The translations under genes were made by a program, and so were the position numbers. From assembly GCA_964106645.2 (NCBI GenBank), contig OZ067040.1: DNA of 64,000 nt, one strand, 5' to 3'. The stretch comes from Podarcis pityusensis. Lineage: Eukaryota. The notes under the pieces were generated by a model. The model was not told the DNA's origin. It worked only from the letters and a program-made list of their open reading frames with translations, and ran no database searches. Shown in pieces: positions 28,042-41,615 of this stretch; positions within the stretch are counted from its first letter, which is position 1; each line of letters begins with the position of its first letter.

Positions 28042-28042
<1 letters not shown>

Positions 28043-28434
28043 TCTGTTTAGGAAGTTTCTTTAAGAGTGGGGTAAAAGTGCTCTAAATAAATAAATGCTT
28101 TGGGGAAACCTTGGGTTTCCTTCCCAGACTGCAACCATGTAAATCAGGGTTGGGGAACCTGTGGCCCCCTCTCTATGTTGTTGGGCCCAAAATCTCATCA
28201 GCTTCTGCCAGAATAGCAAATGCCCATGGACTAAGGGGGCTGTTGTCCAACAACAACTGGTGGGCACCAAAAGCCCACATCCAAGTCAACCTTCAATCCC
28301 GTTCAAATGACAGCAATGATTTTTGATGATCCATATAAACAAATCTACTTGGCAAGAATAGACATTGCCTTAGCAGGAAATCCTGTTGGCATCCCTGGGA
28401 ATGAGGCAGCCTGTGCAATAGGGATCTCCTAGAG

Positions 28435-28569
28435 CAGTGTTTCCCAAACTTGGGTCTTCAACTGTTTTCGGACAACAATTCCCATTATCCCTGACCACTG
28501 GTCCTGCTAGCTAGGGATGGTGGGAGTTGTAGTCCAACACAGCCAGAGACCCAAGTTTGGGAAACACTG
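28435..28569. mobile_element. hAT (Charlie-like) MITE, 135 bp
   Basis: TIR cagtgtttcccaaacttgggtct / agacccaagtttgggaaacactg; TSD tcctagag / tcctagat. Confidence 0.88.
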
Positions 28570-30925
28570 TCCTAGATCATTTGAAAGTTCGTAAGGTTTT
28601 ACAGTAGAACCAAAGGTCACTTGCTTATTACTCCTTCTCCTGGCCATGCCCCCCCTCTTCAAAACAGAGCAAAGCAATTCTGTCAAAGCAAAGGAGAGAG
28701 AAGAGAATCAATGCAAAAAATCTACTTGATTGGCAGTAACGAGAAACAAGCCAGCCCACTGGCCCACCAGATGTGCCAGGTAAACTGCTATAACCAGCAA
28801 CTGTGATCACTCCATCAGCAGCCACAGGATGTGGCTTTTTAATCACTGCAGTGACAACATTATTAGCAACAAAAGAAGCACCTGAACTTTCTCAATTAGC
28901 AAGCCTGTGGGCTGGGGATACACAATCCAAATCAAGTAATCTAAAATAATTACCACACCTAGATTCTCTAAGTATTCAGAATTAGCAAGGCAGACTGGAA
29001 CCAATACCTAAGGCAGCACAAGGAAGGAAAATAGTGGGGAGAGGGTGTAAAAAGGAGTGGGCAAAACATTCACTGACCCACAAATTTTTACAGAAATATT
29101 ATTCAGATTCCTTATGGTCAAAGCATGTTGTTGAGACAAAAAGAAGTGCTGAGCTCTGGGTGCACCTTGGGGCATAGGCTGACCAGAGGGGAAATGGAGG
29201 GAAAGTGCTCCCCCCACACACAGTCAGTTCCATGCTCCCCATTGGTAGACCCCTATGGTCACTTGAAGGAAAGGTGCTTTTCACAGGCCCTCCCTCCCTT
29301 ATAAATATACTTCCCCTCTTCTGTGCCCCCCTCAAATACTGTTCCCCTCATCTGGATCCATATCTATCGATTGTGCTGCAATGCCACCAACTTCCTTAAA
29401 TTTAATACAATGGTACCAAAAGGGCTGCTTTTACTGGATTTCTATGCTGGCTTCCAGTCTCTTGCATTACCAGCTTTTCTCTCTCTCTCCCTGGCTACAT
29501 CCTCACCACACATCTAAAGCACATGGTTTCCCCCAAGAATCTTAAGTTCATTAAGGGTGCTGGGAATTGTAGCTCTGTGAAATGCAAATTATTGTTCCCC
29601 AGATTCTTTGGGGGAAAGCAGTGTGCTTTGAATATATGGGCTCTCTCACTCTCTTCATTGAAAGCACATGACTTGGGTTGGCCTAATATAGGTATTCTTG
29701 CTCTAATATGGACCTTGGCTACTTTTACCTTTTTGTAACATAAAAACATCACACAAGTGAGCCAAATCACATAGTACTTTCTAGGTCACCTTGCATAAAA
29801 GCAATCCTAGACATGTCTGTTCAGAAGTGAGTCCCATTGAGAGCAATGGGACTTTATTGACAGGTAAGCCAGTACAGCCAGAAATAAATTACAGATGGTG
29901 GGAGAGAATCTCCCCTTAACTACCCTTTAACAACTCTACTCCTGAAAACAGAAAACAACTAAGTCTGCACTCCTGTATGAGTGTTTATCTATTGAACCCA
30001 GTGGGATGTACTTATGAGTTAATATATCTAGGGATTGCTCTGTGCACTGCATTAAGAGGTAACAAATTCACATGGGAGTCACCTTGAGTATGCTGTCTAA
30101 TACCATCCATGTAGACCTCTACCTCTGGCAGTGCCTAAATATTAACAATGATGGGATAAAGAGTGAGGGCAAAAGTCAACATTTTCATTACTCTTCCTCC
30201 CCCTTTCCCCCTATATTTTATTAGTTTGCTAACTGAACCCCTTCTGGTCACCCCACCTAGTTCCATGCAAGTCTCCATCCCTTTGAACAAGAAAGAAATC
30301 ATGGGGCTTTGATAGAGACTCTGGATAAAATTAAGAACTTCAAACTCCCAGGTTTCCCCCCCCCCCTTTTGGGAGCAAAAGAAAAACAGATGTCCTGTTT
30401 GTTAAGTATAAATAACTCCGTACGTTGAAACCTTTCTTTTACGCTGCATTAAACTTTATTTAATGCAGGGTGCCCCCTTCAACTGTAAAAAGGCGGAGAA
30501 GGAGCAAACTCAAGGGGTGACAAAGCCCTAAATCTTGTTCTTTCCCCTCTAGGGAAACAGAAGAAGACAGGAGGGAAAAGCTTTCAGGCAGATGAAAGAA
30601 CTTTGTGGATTCCTACCAAGCTCATGGAGAAGGATGGGCCTTGTCAACTCAAGCCCTGGGCCAAAGAGAGTTTTCTTGGCAGGACTGAAATATTTGCCTT
30701 TTTTTATGACCCCCACTTAAAGCACTTCCATGACAGGCAGAATAAAAAGAAGAGCACCTTTGATGCAATCCATCAAGCACTTATTTTTCTCCAACAGCCC
30801 TTCTCCAAGACTCATGGGACTGGCGCATTAGCAAACCTTTGGTGTGCAATGCCCCAATGTTCATGTGAGTTGACACAGGCACTCTGCTGGGGAGTAACAA
30901 GAAACCTCATGGGATTTGGTACTTA

Positions 30926-31102
<177 letters not shown>

Positions 31103-33936
31103 TTAATGAGCAGTTACTCCATTTCTGTTTTACCTTCAAAGAGGAACTCTAACAAATCTCTACAAGGGCACCATTTTCTTTATTATATTTCAGTGATTTA
31201 ACTTGTGCCCTGCTTTTTAGAAAGCTCTGGGCAACTGGGTGGTCTCTTATCCAGAACTACTTCCCTTTAGCTTCAACAAGGTTGAATAGCGTTGAGTGGG
31301 ACCAATTAGAAGTGAACTCGGAGAGATGTTGTCGGTGTTCTCAGCAAAGAAATAGAATGTGGTTTTACCAGTCCTCTATATTCATGTTGATGTACATTAA
31401 GGTCATTGGGCACATTATGTCTTTTCAAGAGTGGCACCTCTCCAGACCACCACATCGACTTACACTGTGGTCCTCCATAAGTTGTTGGACTCAACCTCCC
31501 ATCAGCCCCAGCCAGCATGGCCAAGGATGGTGGGAGTTGTTGTCCTCCACCTATTTTGAAAGAAGCCGCACTTCCCATTACAATTCTGACCAAAGTGGTG
31601 GCAGATGGTAGAAACGCAATGCTCTACTGTAAGGGCATGGCAACTCAAAAGCACAATCAATCATTAACAGCAAAAGTCAGTCTACTTCCCAGCCAGGGTG
31701 TCAATCAAATTTAAAATGAGTCTCTGGCATGTGATTATTATGTTACAGGAGTTCACAAGTGTCAGCAGTTAGATTAAAAGGCATTCTTATGGTCTCTAGT
31801 GAAAATGCCTTTTCCTGGCAGCCATGAGAGAGACTAAAGGCTTTGTAGTGTCTACACTACTAAAGAGTTCAGCTGTCATGACCTCCTTCTCTGTCAAACA
31901 TCAACATAGCAATTCTGAAAACAGACTGAGATACAGTTCTATACACACTTACCTGGGAGTAAGACCCACTGAACTTAATGGGAATTACTTCTGAGCAGTC
32001 ATAAAAGATTGTACTGTAAAGCTTCCTAACTATGAATTAAAAAACTTTAACAAATTTGACACTGTCTTTGTAATGCAGATATTGAGAGCTCACCATTGTC
32101 CCAAATTTTGTTAAATATATTAGAATTTAGACTGAACACTCAAAATCTGAGACTCAAAATTAACAAAATGTTTTGCAAGCCTGTCTTTACCATGTTTACT
32201 TAAATGTCTCATTGTTTTCAGCAGCGCTTTCAAGTCAGTGCGTGCAGAATGGCAGCAATTAAAAGTGCAACACACATTTAAAGCTATAGACTTATAGATT
32301 TAATTAGGATGGGTCCCAAAAGCTGTGGACCACAAACCAAAACAACCTGGATTAATTGGAGTTAAGACTTTTATGTTGCATTCATATGGTCAGAGGTAAT
32401 AGAATACATCAGACCTCCTCAGAGAGGATGATCCCCTATCAGATCTTTAATCCCCTAACGCTGCAGGGCAGGGCAGCTCAGGGGCATGCCACGGGAAGAT
32501 CTAGAAGGTTCTAATGCTGTACCAGCCACACCCCTGCCACCCCGTCTACAACAAGCCAAAGATAAATTTATGTCCACTGAACTGTCATAAACCAATCCCC
32601 TTTCATCACCTCTCCCAAACTGGGAGTTGTGTGTGTCTAGAAAAGGGCATAGGATTGCACCATTAAACTGCATTCTATGCCCACTTACCTGGGAGAAAAC
32701 CTCACTGAACTCAGCTGGATTCCCTTCTTTGTGGAAACGTGTAGGATTGTGCTGTTAAAGTGACACAAAACCCCAGTCCTTCCTGTGCCGTCTCTCCAAC
32801 TTAAGAACAATTTCGCGATCACGTCTATTTAGTCTGAAGTCTGCAGTAGCAGCTAGGCCTAACCCTTTGTTTTTTGGAAAGACATTACCCAGCTTTAACA
32901 GTACCCACTTTCCCCAGCAGGAAGATGTAGTTACAGAATACCTTTCGCCAGCTGAATTTCTGTCTCTATCACAATTGTGGTATGTACTACAGTTACAAGC
33001 ACAGAGCTAGGAAACAGCAAACCAAGCAGCAAGCCGGTTTAAGCAGTGATGAGGATCTGCTCTGGAAAAGTGCATTCCAAGCCACTAACATCAGATGATT
33101 CTTTGAAGCCCTGCCCTAAATTAAAACGAACCTTATAGGATTCACACCCTTGTAAATATAATTAGAATCAGGGACCAACACACCGAAAGAGAGAACCCAA
33201 AATTAAAGGTTGGCAAGGAGGTAGTATGGATTTCCCATCAAAATCACTTAACAAAAATTTAAAAAATTGTCATTGATTTGAAGACTAAACCCAAAGTGTT
33301 CTTCTGTTAAGAAGTTGCATTCCTACTCATACCAGGCTTGAGAGGCGATTTCTCACAGCCCTTTCTCAAACCATGTCATTTATTCAAGCCAAATCTATTC
33401 CATCACCCACCATTAACACATCATAAAGCAGTTCAGCAGAAGGCATGAGGGAAGTGCATATCCTTTGTTGCTTTCTAAAAATAAACCTAGAGGGGTGGAG
33501 TTGGGTCTCTTATTACCTTAATAGGCCTGAGATTATTTTGGAGTTAAGGAATGACATGGGAAAACTCATCTACACATCCCCGCCCCCTCCTACACAAAAG
33601 TCAAGTTGATTATCCATGAAGCACATCTATTCCTTTAGCTTTCAGTATAATCGAGCACTTTCTTTTTGCCATAGTGATGGGGTGACCAATGCAAAAGAGG
33701 ACCAGGGCCCCTGTGCCTTACCATCACAGTGCAGGAGAGGGGCTTTCAACAGGTATGGTTTGCAAGGCGGAATCCCCAATTTCTGCAAGACGATGACGAG
33801 GTGCAGGAACCCTGGTCCTCTTGGACTCAGCTGGAATCTCAACCCCTAATCCCAAACACATCATCCCTTCAAACTATGAAAGAAAAGATACCCTTTTGTC
33901 AAGGGGAGTGCAACCTGTCCCCTCGTGTGCTTAAGG

Positions 33937-34072
33937 CAGGCATAGGCAAACTCAGCCCTCCAGATGTTTTGGAACTACAATTCCCATCATCCCTGACCAC
34001 TGGTTCTGTTAGCTGGGGGTGATGGGAGTTGTAGTCCCAAAACATCTGGAGGGCCGAGTTTGCCTATGCCTG
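33937..34072. mobile_element. hAT-type MITE, 136 bp, palindromic
   Basis: TIR caggcataggcaaactc / gagtttgcctatgcctg; 8-bp TSD gcttaagg / gcttatgg. Confidence 0.88.
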
Positions 34073-34423
34073 GCTTATGGTTAAAGGGCTGCGGTGGAGA
34101 CAAATTTGCTTTGTGTTGGAGGCTTTTTCTCCCTGGGGTCTTATTTCGATGGAATGGTGCTTTGGGGAAATGTTTCAATCGTGCTGCCTACTCTTTCTTT
34201 CGCCCGGCTCCCAGCAGCTACCGCAATCCTATGCATGCTTGTCCCCATGAACGCAGCACGACTTCCATCAAGCCTGATTAGGATCGCACGCAGCTACGTG
34301 GAAATACCCAAGTAAGACAGCCCACCAGCCAGCCCTCTTTGACTTGGGAGTAAGGCCCAGGGAACTCAGCGCGACCTGCCTAGGCGAGGGGCTTCAAGCG
34401 TGCTAAGAGGAGAGGCTCCTTAC

Positions 34424-34530
34424 GCAGGTGATGAGCGCAGCGCAAATGGAAAGTGTCGCAGCCGTGGACGTGGTGGTAAAGCGTCTTCTCGATCAGGTCC
34501 TGAGGCTCGTAACCGGTCAGCTCGGCTACC
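34424..34530 (-). CDS. SIM1: SIM1 coding exon 7 (107 nt): [35 protein letters not shown] (PAS-B)
   Basis: Manual translation; tggcag|G ... TGC|gtaagg; follows a 111-nt intron. Confidence 0.97.
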
Positions 34531-34640
34531 CTGCCAGGAAAGAGAGAGAGACAGAGAAAGAGAGAAAGCCGGTCGGTTGCTTTGATTTGGCACGTCGGTG
34601 CTGCTAGGGCGAGGGAAGAGGAAGCCCCGACGCCGACCTA

Positions 34641-35084
<444 letters not shown>

Positions 35085-36314
35085 TTAATCGTCTGGTTGG
35101 GACTACAGCGCCAAGGGTTGATTTTGCGCGCCTGAAGGGGCCACGGCGGCCAGGCAGGACTTTGTTTATCAGTTTACAACCGATGCTTCTCAGGGAAATA
35201 AGCTTGCACGCTCTCTTGTGTCTATTTGCAGGCCGCTTTTCTGGGTCCCCATTTAGTTGGTCGTAAGGAGCGTGCCAGCCTCCGAATGATCTTTTCTTTC
35301 TTCTTCTGGATCAACGCGCTACTCCCTCTCAGTCATCCGAATGAAACTAGGTGACGTTCACCTGCCACTCATCTTCCTCTGTGATCAAGTGGGGTGCCTG
35401 CATCCTCCAACCAACCCGCAATTACGAGGCTTATTATCTACACCTATTGACTCTCAGCAGAACGTGAGAACAGTCTAAACTTAAATGTATTGCGTTTGAG
35501 GTCTGTGCAGGGCGATCCCCCCCCCCCCCTTTAATTGCCTCTGGCGAGAGGTCAATATTCATAGGATTGGGGTGCGCGCTTTCACGTATTTCCGAGGAAG
35601 TGAATTTGTTCACTGGGGCTCACTCCCAGATAAAGCCTTGGGCTGCAGTCCTATGCCCACTTACCTGGGTGTAAGCTCCATCAAACTCAGTGGGACTTAG
35701 TTCTGAGTAGACAGACGCACTGTTGACTCTCTCACCCAACTTGGTCGCGTGGTTTATTTGCGATGACAAAATCTATTACTACATCTCTCTGCGTGTGCCC
35801 GATATAGATCGGCTGGCAAAACACTTGGAATTACTGGAGAGTCAGTAGGACGGAGTCTCAGGGCGATTGCTTGGCAGCCTCCCTTTGAATTACGTGGGCT
35901 ACCTTGCAGCCGGAGGGGCAGTTAGTTCTCAAGCCTCTCAAGAAAGGCGTCCTCGACAGAATTAGGCACAGTCCGGAAGCAAGTAAAATATCGGAAAACA
36001 GGCCTTTCCTCCTTCGGAAACTACGCAATTATTCACACAACTAAATTCCCCGCAGTCGAATATTATGCACGTGATTTAGTGCTCAACAGACTTGCCCCAA
36101 ACTAAGTTAGCCCCGAAATTAAAGGAGTTTTCTTCCAGAAAACACAAGGCTCTTGGAAAACACTGCAATAGCAATCCTAACCATGCCTACTCAGAAGTAA
36201 ATCCTATTGAATTGAGTGGGGGTTACTCTCAGGAGTTAATATTGCAGCTCAACAAGGTAAGCTGCTGCGTTATGACAGGCGGGCACTCTGAGGTCTCTTA
36301 AAGCGCCTCCCTAG

Positions 36315-36647
36315 GGGGTTAAACCACAGAGCCTAGGGCTTGCCGATCAGAAGGTCAGCGGTTCGAATCCCCACAACGGGGTGAGCTCCCGCTGCTCGGT
36401 CCCTGCTCCTGCCAACCTAGCAGTTCAAAGGCACCTCAAAGTGCAAGTAGATAAATAGGTACCGCTCTGGCGGGAAGATAAACAGCGTTTCTGTTCGCTG
36501 CTCTGGTTCACCAGAAGTGGCTTAGTCATGCTGGCCACATGACCCGGAAGCTGTACGCTGGCTTCCTCGGCCAATAAAGTGAGATGAGCACTGCAACCCC
36601 AGAGTTGGCCACGACTGGACCTCATGGTCAGGGGTCCCTTTACCTTT
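36315..36647 (+). mobile_element. Sauria SINE, near full length
   Basis: B-box-like ggttcgaatcc, conserved body, ends ccctttacctttt. Confidence 0.92.
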
Positions 36648-37156
36648 TAGGCATATCTACTTGGGGGAAAGCTCACTGGGATTTGTTCCTAGAAAGCCGT
36701 GTATATGATTGCAGACTTCAGCAAGCCAACACAAAAAAGCCTGTAGGAGAGCAGGGAGGAAGCGCCACCACTGATGTCACCGGAGGGGCGATGGCGTCAT
36801 CTCCTAGGATGCTGTTGGCCAACACTCTGTCTGTAAAATAAGCTTTCTTCAGAGAGAAACCCATCCACTAAGCAGAGGAAGAGAGAGGTGACATCAGCAT
36901 ATGGGGCTAAAGGGTAAACTGGCACCCTTTTTGTTGGAAAATTCCAAAGCCCCTTTTTTGTGGTCAACCAAAACGTTAAGCCATCGTGAGCAAGCGGTGG
37001 AGTCCTCCTGAACTCTTCCTGAGGCTGAATTTTAAAAAGCTGGCATGGTAACTGAAGCCATAATGTCCTCATTGGTCAACTGGGGTATGGCTATGGGGAG
37101 TTATCATGAAGTGCGCCTGCACTTCAGAAGGTATCACTTTGCCACTGAAAGTATGT

Positions 37157-37510
37157 AAGGTAAAGGTAAAAGGTAAAGGACCCCTGCACAGTTAAGTCTA
37201 GTCAAAGGTGACTTTGGGTTGCAGCACTCATCTCGCTTTCAGGCCGAGGGAGCTGACGTTTGTCCACAGTCATCTTTCCGGGTCATGTAGCCAGCATGAC
37301 TAAACCACTTCTAGTGATGGAAGTCAGAGCGCACCGAAACACCATTTACCTTCCTGCTGCAGTGGTACCTATTTATCTACTTGCACAGGCGTGCTTTCAA
37401 ACTGCTAGGTTAGCAGGAGCTGGGGCAGAGCAACGGGAGCTCACCCCGTTGCCTGGATTCAAACCGCGACCTTCCTATCAGCAAGCCCAAGAGGCTCAGT
37501 GGTTTAGACC
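37157..37510 (-). mobile_element. Sauria SINE, older and more diverged
   Basis: (AAGGTA)n tail and a diverged body homologous to the neighbouring copies. Confidence 0.88.
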
Positions 37511-37629
37511 TGAAGCAAGCCAACAACCAGATCCTAAATATGTTTACTCTGAAATGCCTTCCACTGACAGCACTAGCCTGGACTTTGGCAACTTAGTTGG
37601 GAGTAAGTGCCATTGACCTCACTGGAGCT

Positions 37630-37981
37630 TAAAGGTAAAGCGACCCCTGACCATTAGGTCCAGTCGTGACCGACTCTGGGGTTGCGGCGCTCATCTCGCT
37701 TTATTGGCCGAGGGAGCCAGCGTACAGCTTCTGGGTCATGTGGCCAGCATGACTAAGCTGCTTCTGGCAAACCAGAGCAGCGCACGGAAACGCCATTTAC
37801 CTTCCCACTGGAGCAGTACCAATTTATCTACTTGCACTTTGAGGTGCTTTTGAACTGCTAGGTTGGCAGGAGCAGGGACCGAGCAGTGGGAGCTCACCCT
37901 GTCGCGGGGATTCGAACCACCGACCTTCTGATCAGCAAGTCCTAGGCTCTGTGGTTTAACCCACAGTGCCACCCGCGTCCC
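37630..37981 (-). mobile_element. Sauria SINE, full length
   Basis: Reverse complement begins gggacgcgggtggcactgtgggttaaacc (tRNA-derived head) and ends in an ACCTTT tail. Confidence 0.93.
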
Positions 37982-38107
37982 TACAGCCCCCCAAAATCTC
38001 CAGGCCCAGAACACTTACAGTGAGAGCCTATGTGCATTTACTTGGAAGTAAATTCCAACCATTGACCTCCAAGGGACTTAGTCTATAGTAAGCTGGTCAG
38101 CATAACT

Positions 38108-38240
38108 ACATAAGAAGGGCCTGCTGGATCAGGCCGGTGACCCACCTGGTCCAGCATCCAGTTCTCACTGTGGCCCCCTAGGTGCCTGTGGGAAACTTGC
38201 AAGCAGGGCCCGCGCACAAGAGCACTCTCCCCTTCCGCCG
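38108..38240 (-). mobile_element. CR1 3' UTR fragment
   Basis: cataagaagggcctgctggatcaggcc...ccagcatcc is homologous to the 22795 tail. Confidence 0.7.
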
Positions 38241-38634
38241 TTTCTAGCCTTATTTTCTCTATGCAGAGGATTTGCACAGACTTTAAGTCTTACCGAAAGC
38301 AATTACTGGGATTTTGAGGGTCTTACTCCCAAATATGCAGAGGATTGCTGGCTCACGGAATAATCCTATGCCTGTTTACCCAGAGGTGAGTCCCGCTGCG
38401 TGGGGCTTTCTCCCAAACAAGTACGCAAGGAATCTCAGCCTTCACTGGGATCAAGTCCCAGGGAAACGGGTGGGACTGGCTGCCAAGTAAATGCGCTTCA
38501 AATCGAGGTGGAAACATGCAGCGCTACACAGCTCCAACTGCTCCCGATTACTGTATTCCTATCAGTGAAGGTTTCAAAGCGCCCTTGTCTTTGTACTCAA
38601 GTCCGGGCGCAAACAGTTCTTCGCTCTGCCGCTA

Positions 38635-39028
<394 letters not shown>

Positions 39029-40574
39029 TCATTTAGTGTTCAACCCCCTGCTATATCTTTCTTTCCATCGATGACGACGCAACGTGTCCCCATTCTATGC
39101 CCAGGGTGATCTCAGCCACCTTCAGCCCCTTAAGCCACTCGACGGAATTGAGCCTCTTCTCTTTTCGGGTTCTGGTCTGGAATCTGAAGCACCCACGAAG
39201 GACGTCAATTCACACCATGAAAAGGAACAAAGCTCCTTCAAATTAGATGGACAGTTCAGGTTCAGTTGCAAAATGGCATCTGCACCAAGCAATTGGATAC
39301 CTTAAACCAATAATGGGGTGGTCCTGTCCAGACGTTGTTGGACTCCAGTTCCCATCAGCCCCAACCAGCATGGCCATTGGACAGGGATGATGGGAGCTGG
39401 AGTTCAGCAACTCTTGGGCGGCCAAAGATTCCACATCCAGCCTTGGACCTAAGGCTGAGCACACCCCCACTGAAGGAAAACTTATTTCTGACTAAACATG
39501 CACAAGACTGGCAGCAGGTAATAGGCATGGTTGCCAATCTTCAGCAAGTTTGCTGTGCCTTTAAATGTGACTAGAAATTCAACAGGTGAAGCTTTGCCTG
39601 AGCTGTAAAGGGAAATATTGTTAATTGAATGTATATCCCTCTTTCTCTTGAAGGAGCCCAGGATGCAAGATGGGTCAACGCTTCACCTCCTTGTCATCAC
39701 AGAATTCATCTTGCACAGGAGCTCAGCCAATCTTCTGGACAGAGATTTCTGGAATTGTACTATGGGCGTGCCAGCATAGCATTAGCATAGCATGGGGGGC
39801 CACAAGAGCAGTTGCCCCAGGCACAAAATTGTTAAGGATGTAAAATTTCAACACCCGGTGCTGCCTCAGTATAGTTGCATGCTTCTTCTGCTAGGCTCCA
39901 CTGGCAACGGCTTCTCCATGTGAACCAGGAAGTGACTTCTCCAGACGACTGAACAACTCTTCTAATCTCTGTGGCTGCAAACTCCTGGACACTGTTAAAC
40001 AGTTGAATGTGCATGCGTACTCCATCCATTTCCCTCCCACCCACCCCTCCTCATGGCCCTGGGTGCTGGCAACCCACACTATGCCACTGAGTGCCAGCAT
40101 GTCCCAGGTCTATTCAATTAAACACTATGTGAGTGTTTAATGGAATGGACTTCCAGCACAACGGAAATGTTTGCTAAGCTCCAGTCCTGTTCATGTTCCT
40201 CTGCAGCAAAGTGCCACTGAACCCAGTGAGGCTTCCCAAAAAGTACATCACCCTGAGATCTGTAGATGAAGGGTGGTATACAAATTTAATTAATAAGTAC
40301 ATTTAGGATCAGGCTGTTAGGATTGCACTGAAGTCATCGTAAATGGAACTTGAAAGCACCACCCTGTGCATGTTTACTGAGAGGTACATCTTACTGAGTT
40401 TGAAAGGATGTGCTTAAAAACACTCCTCCAAATGAATGGGACTGACTAGTAAATGGGGCTAGGATTTGCACAAGCAAACAGGCTTGGCTTCACCTGCCTT
40501 GCTCGCCAAAAGCAGTGGAGGTGAAATGTTCAGGTCTTGCATGTGAGGTTCCTGGCCTTGAACGTTGCTCATCA

Positions 40575-40817
<243 letters not shown>

Positions 40818-40847
40818 TTAACAAGTGAGGAGCAGCCTCGACTTTCA

Positions 40848-40937
40848 GGCTGCAATCCTTATACACACTTACCTGGGAGTAAGTACCACTGAACTCAGTG
40901 GGGCTTACCTGTGAATAGAAATGTATAGGATTGCACT
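40848..40937. repeat. ~90-bp palindromic interspersed repeat (best copy of an abundant family)
   Basis: Outer arms TGCAATCCT / AGGATTGCA; inner arms GTAAG..CCACTGA / TCAGTGG..CTTAC. Other copies at about 29800, 29965, 31935, 32668, 35641, 36170, 38360, 45020, 54705, 55495, 56190 and 57335. Confidence 0.8.
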
Positions 40938-41222
40938 GTCAGAGACAAAAATGGTTTGATAATGAGTGTGAAATACAAAAGACAGGCCTTCATTCAATTG
41001 CCATCACAGTTAAAAATCTGATCCTAAATCCACAATCATCCTTGTCCCCAGGGAATCCTTTTCCTGTATTTAGGCTGATGGGATTTGCATGGGGAGAAAG
41101 TGGACAAGGAGAAGAACCAAATTTCCTAGACTGTCTTTCTGACCCAACTGTGTAGACTGTATACCTTCCTTCTGATGTGATACTCTCAGAGTTGCTGACC
41201 TCACTTCCCACTTCCTCCTCCT

Positions 41223-41615
41223 CAGCGGCGTAGCGTGGGTTGTCAGCACCCGGGGCAAGGTAAGTAATTTGCGCCCCCTAACCCCTAACCTGCCGCCGCT
41301 GCCAGCTTCTTCTTGCTGCTGCCTGGGCTGGTCTGCTGTGGTTCTCTCCCGCGCTCAGCACTGCGCTGGGCGGCCGCTGCACTGTCCCTCCCCCAGATAG
41401 TCCCTCGCTCTCTCTCCGCACCGCACGCCTGGCACCCACCCCCTCCACAGTGGGCGGCGACCCAGCGGCTCGGATCGGATTCGCACAGCCAGCACTGCAG
41501 TGAGAGAGAGTGAGTGAGCCAGGTAGGGGCAGAGAGCTGCAAGTGCGAGCGCGCGCCCCCAGATGTTGCGCCCGGTGCGGCCGGCCCCCCCTGCACCCCC
41601 CACGCTACGCCACTG
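41223..41615. mobile_element. Young GC-rich non-autonomous hAT element (393 bp)
   Basis: TIR CAGCGGCGTAGCGTGGG / CCCACGCTACGCCACTG; perfect 8-bp TSD ctcctcct at 41215-41222 and 41616-41623. Confidence 0.9.
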
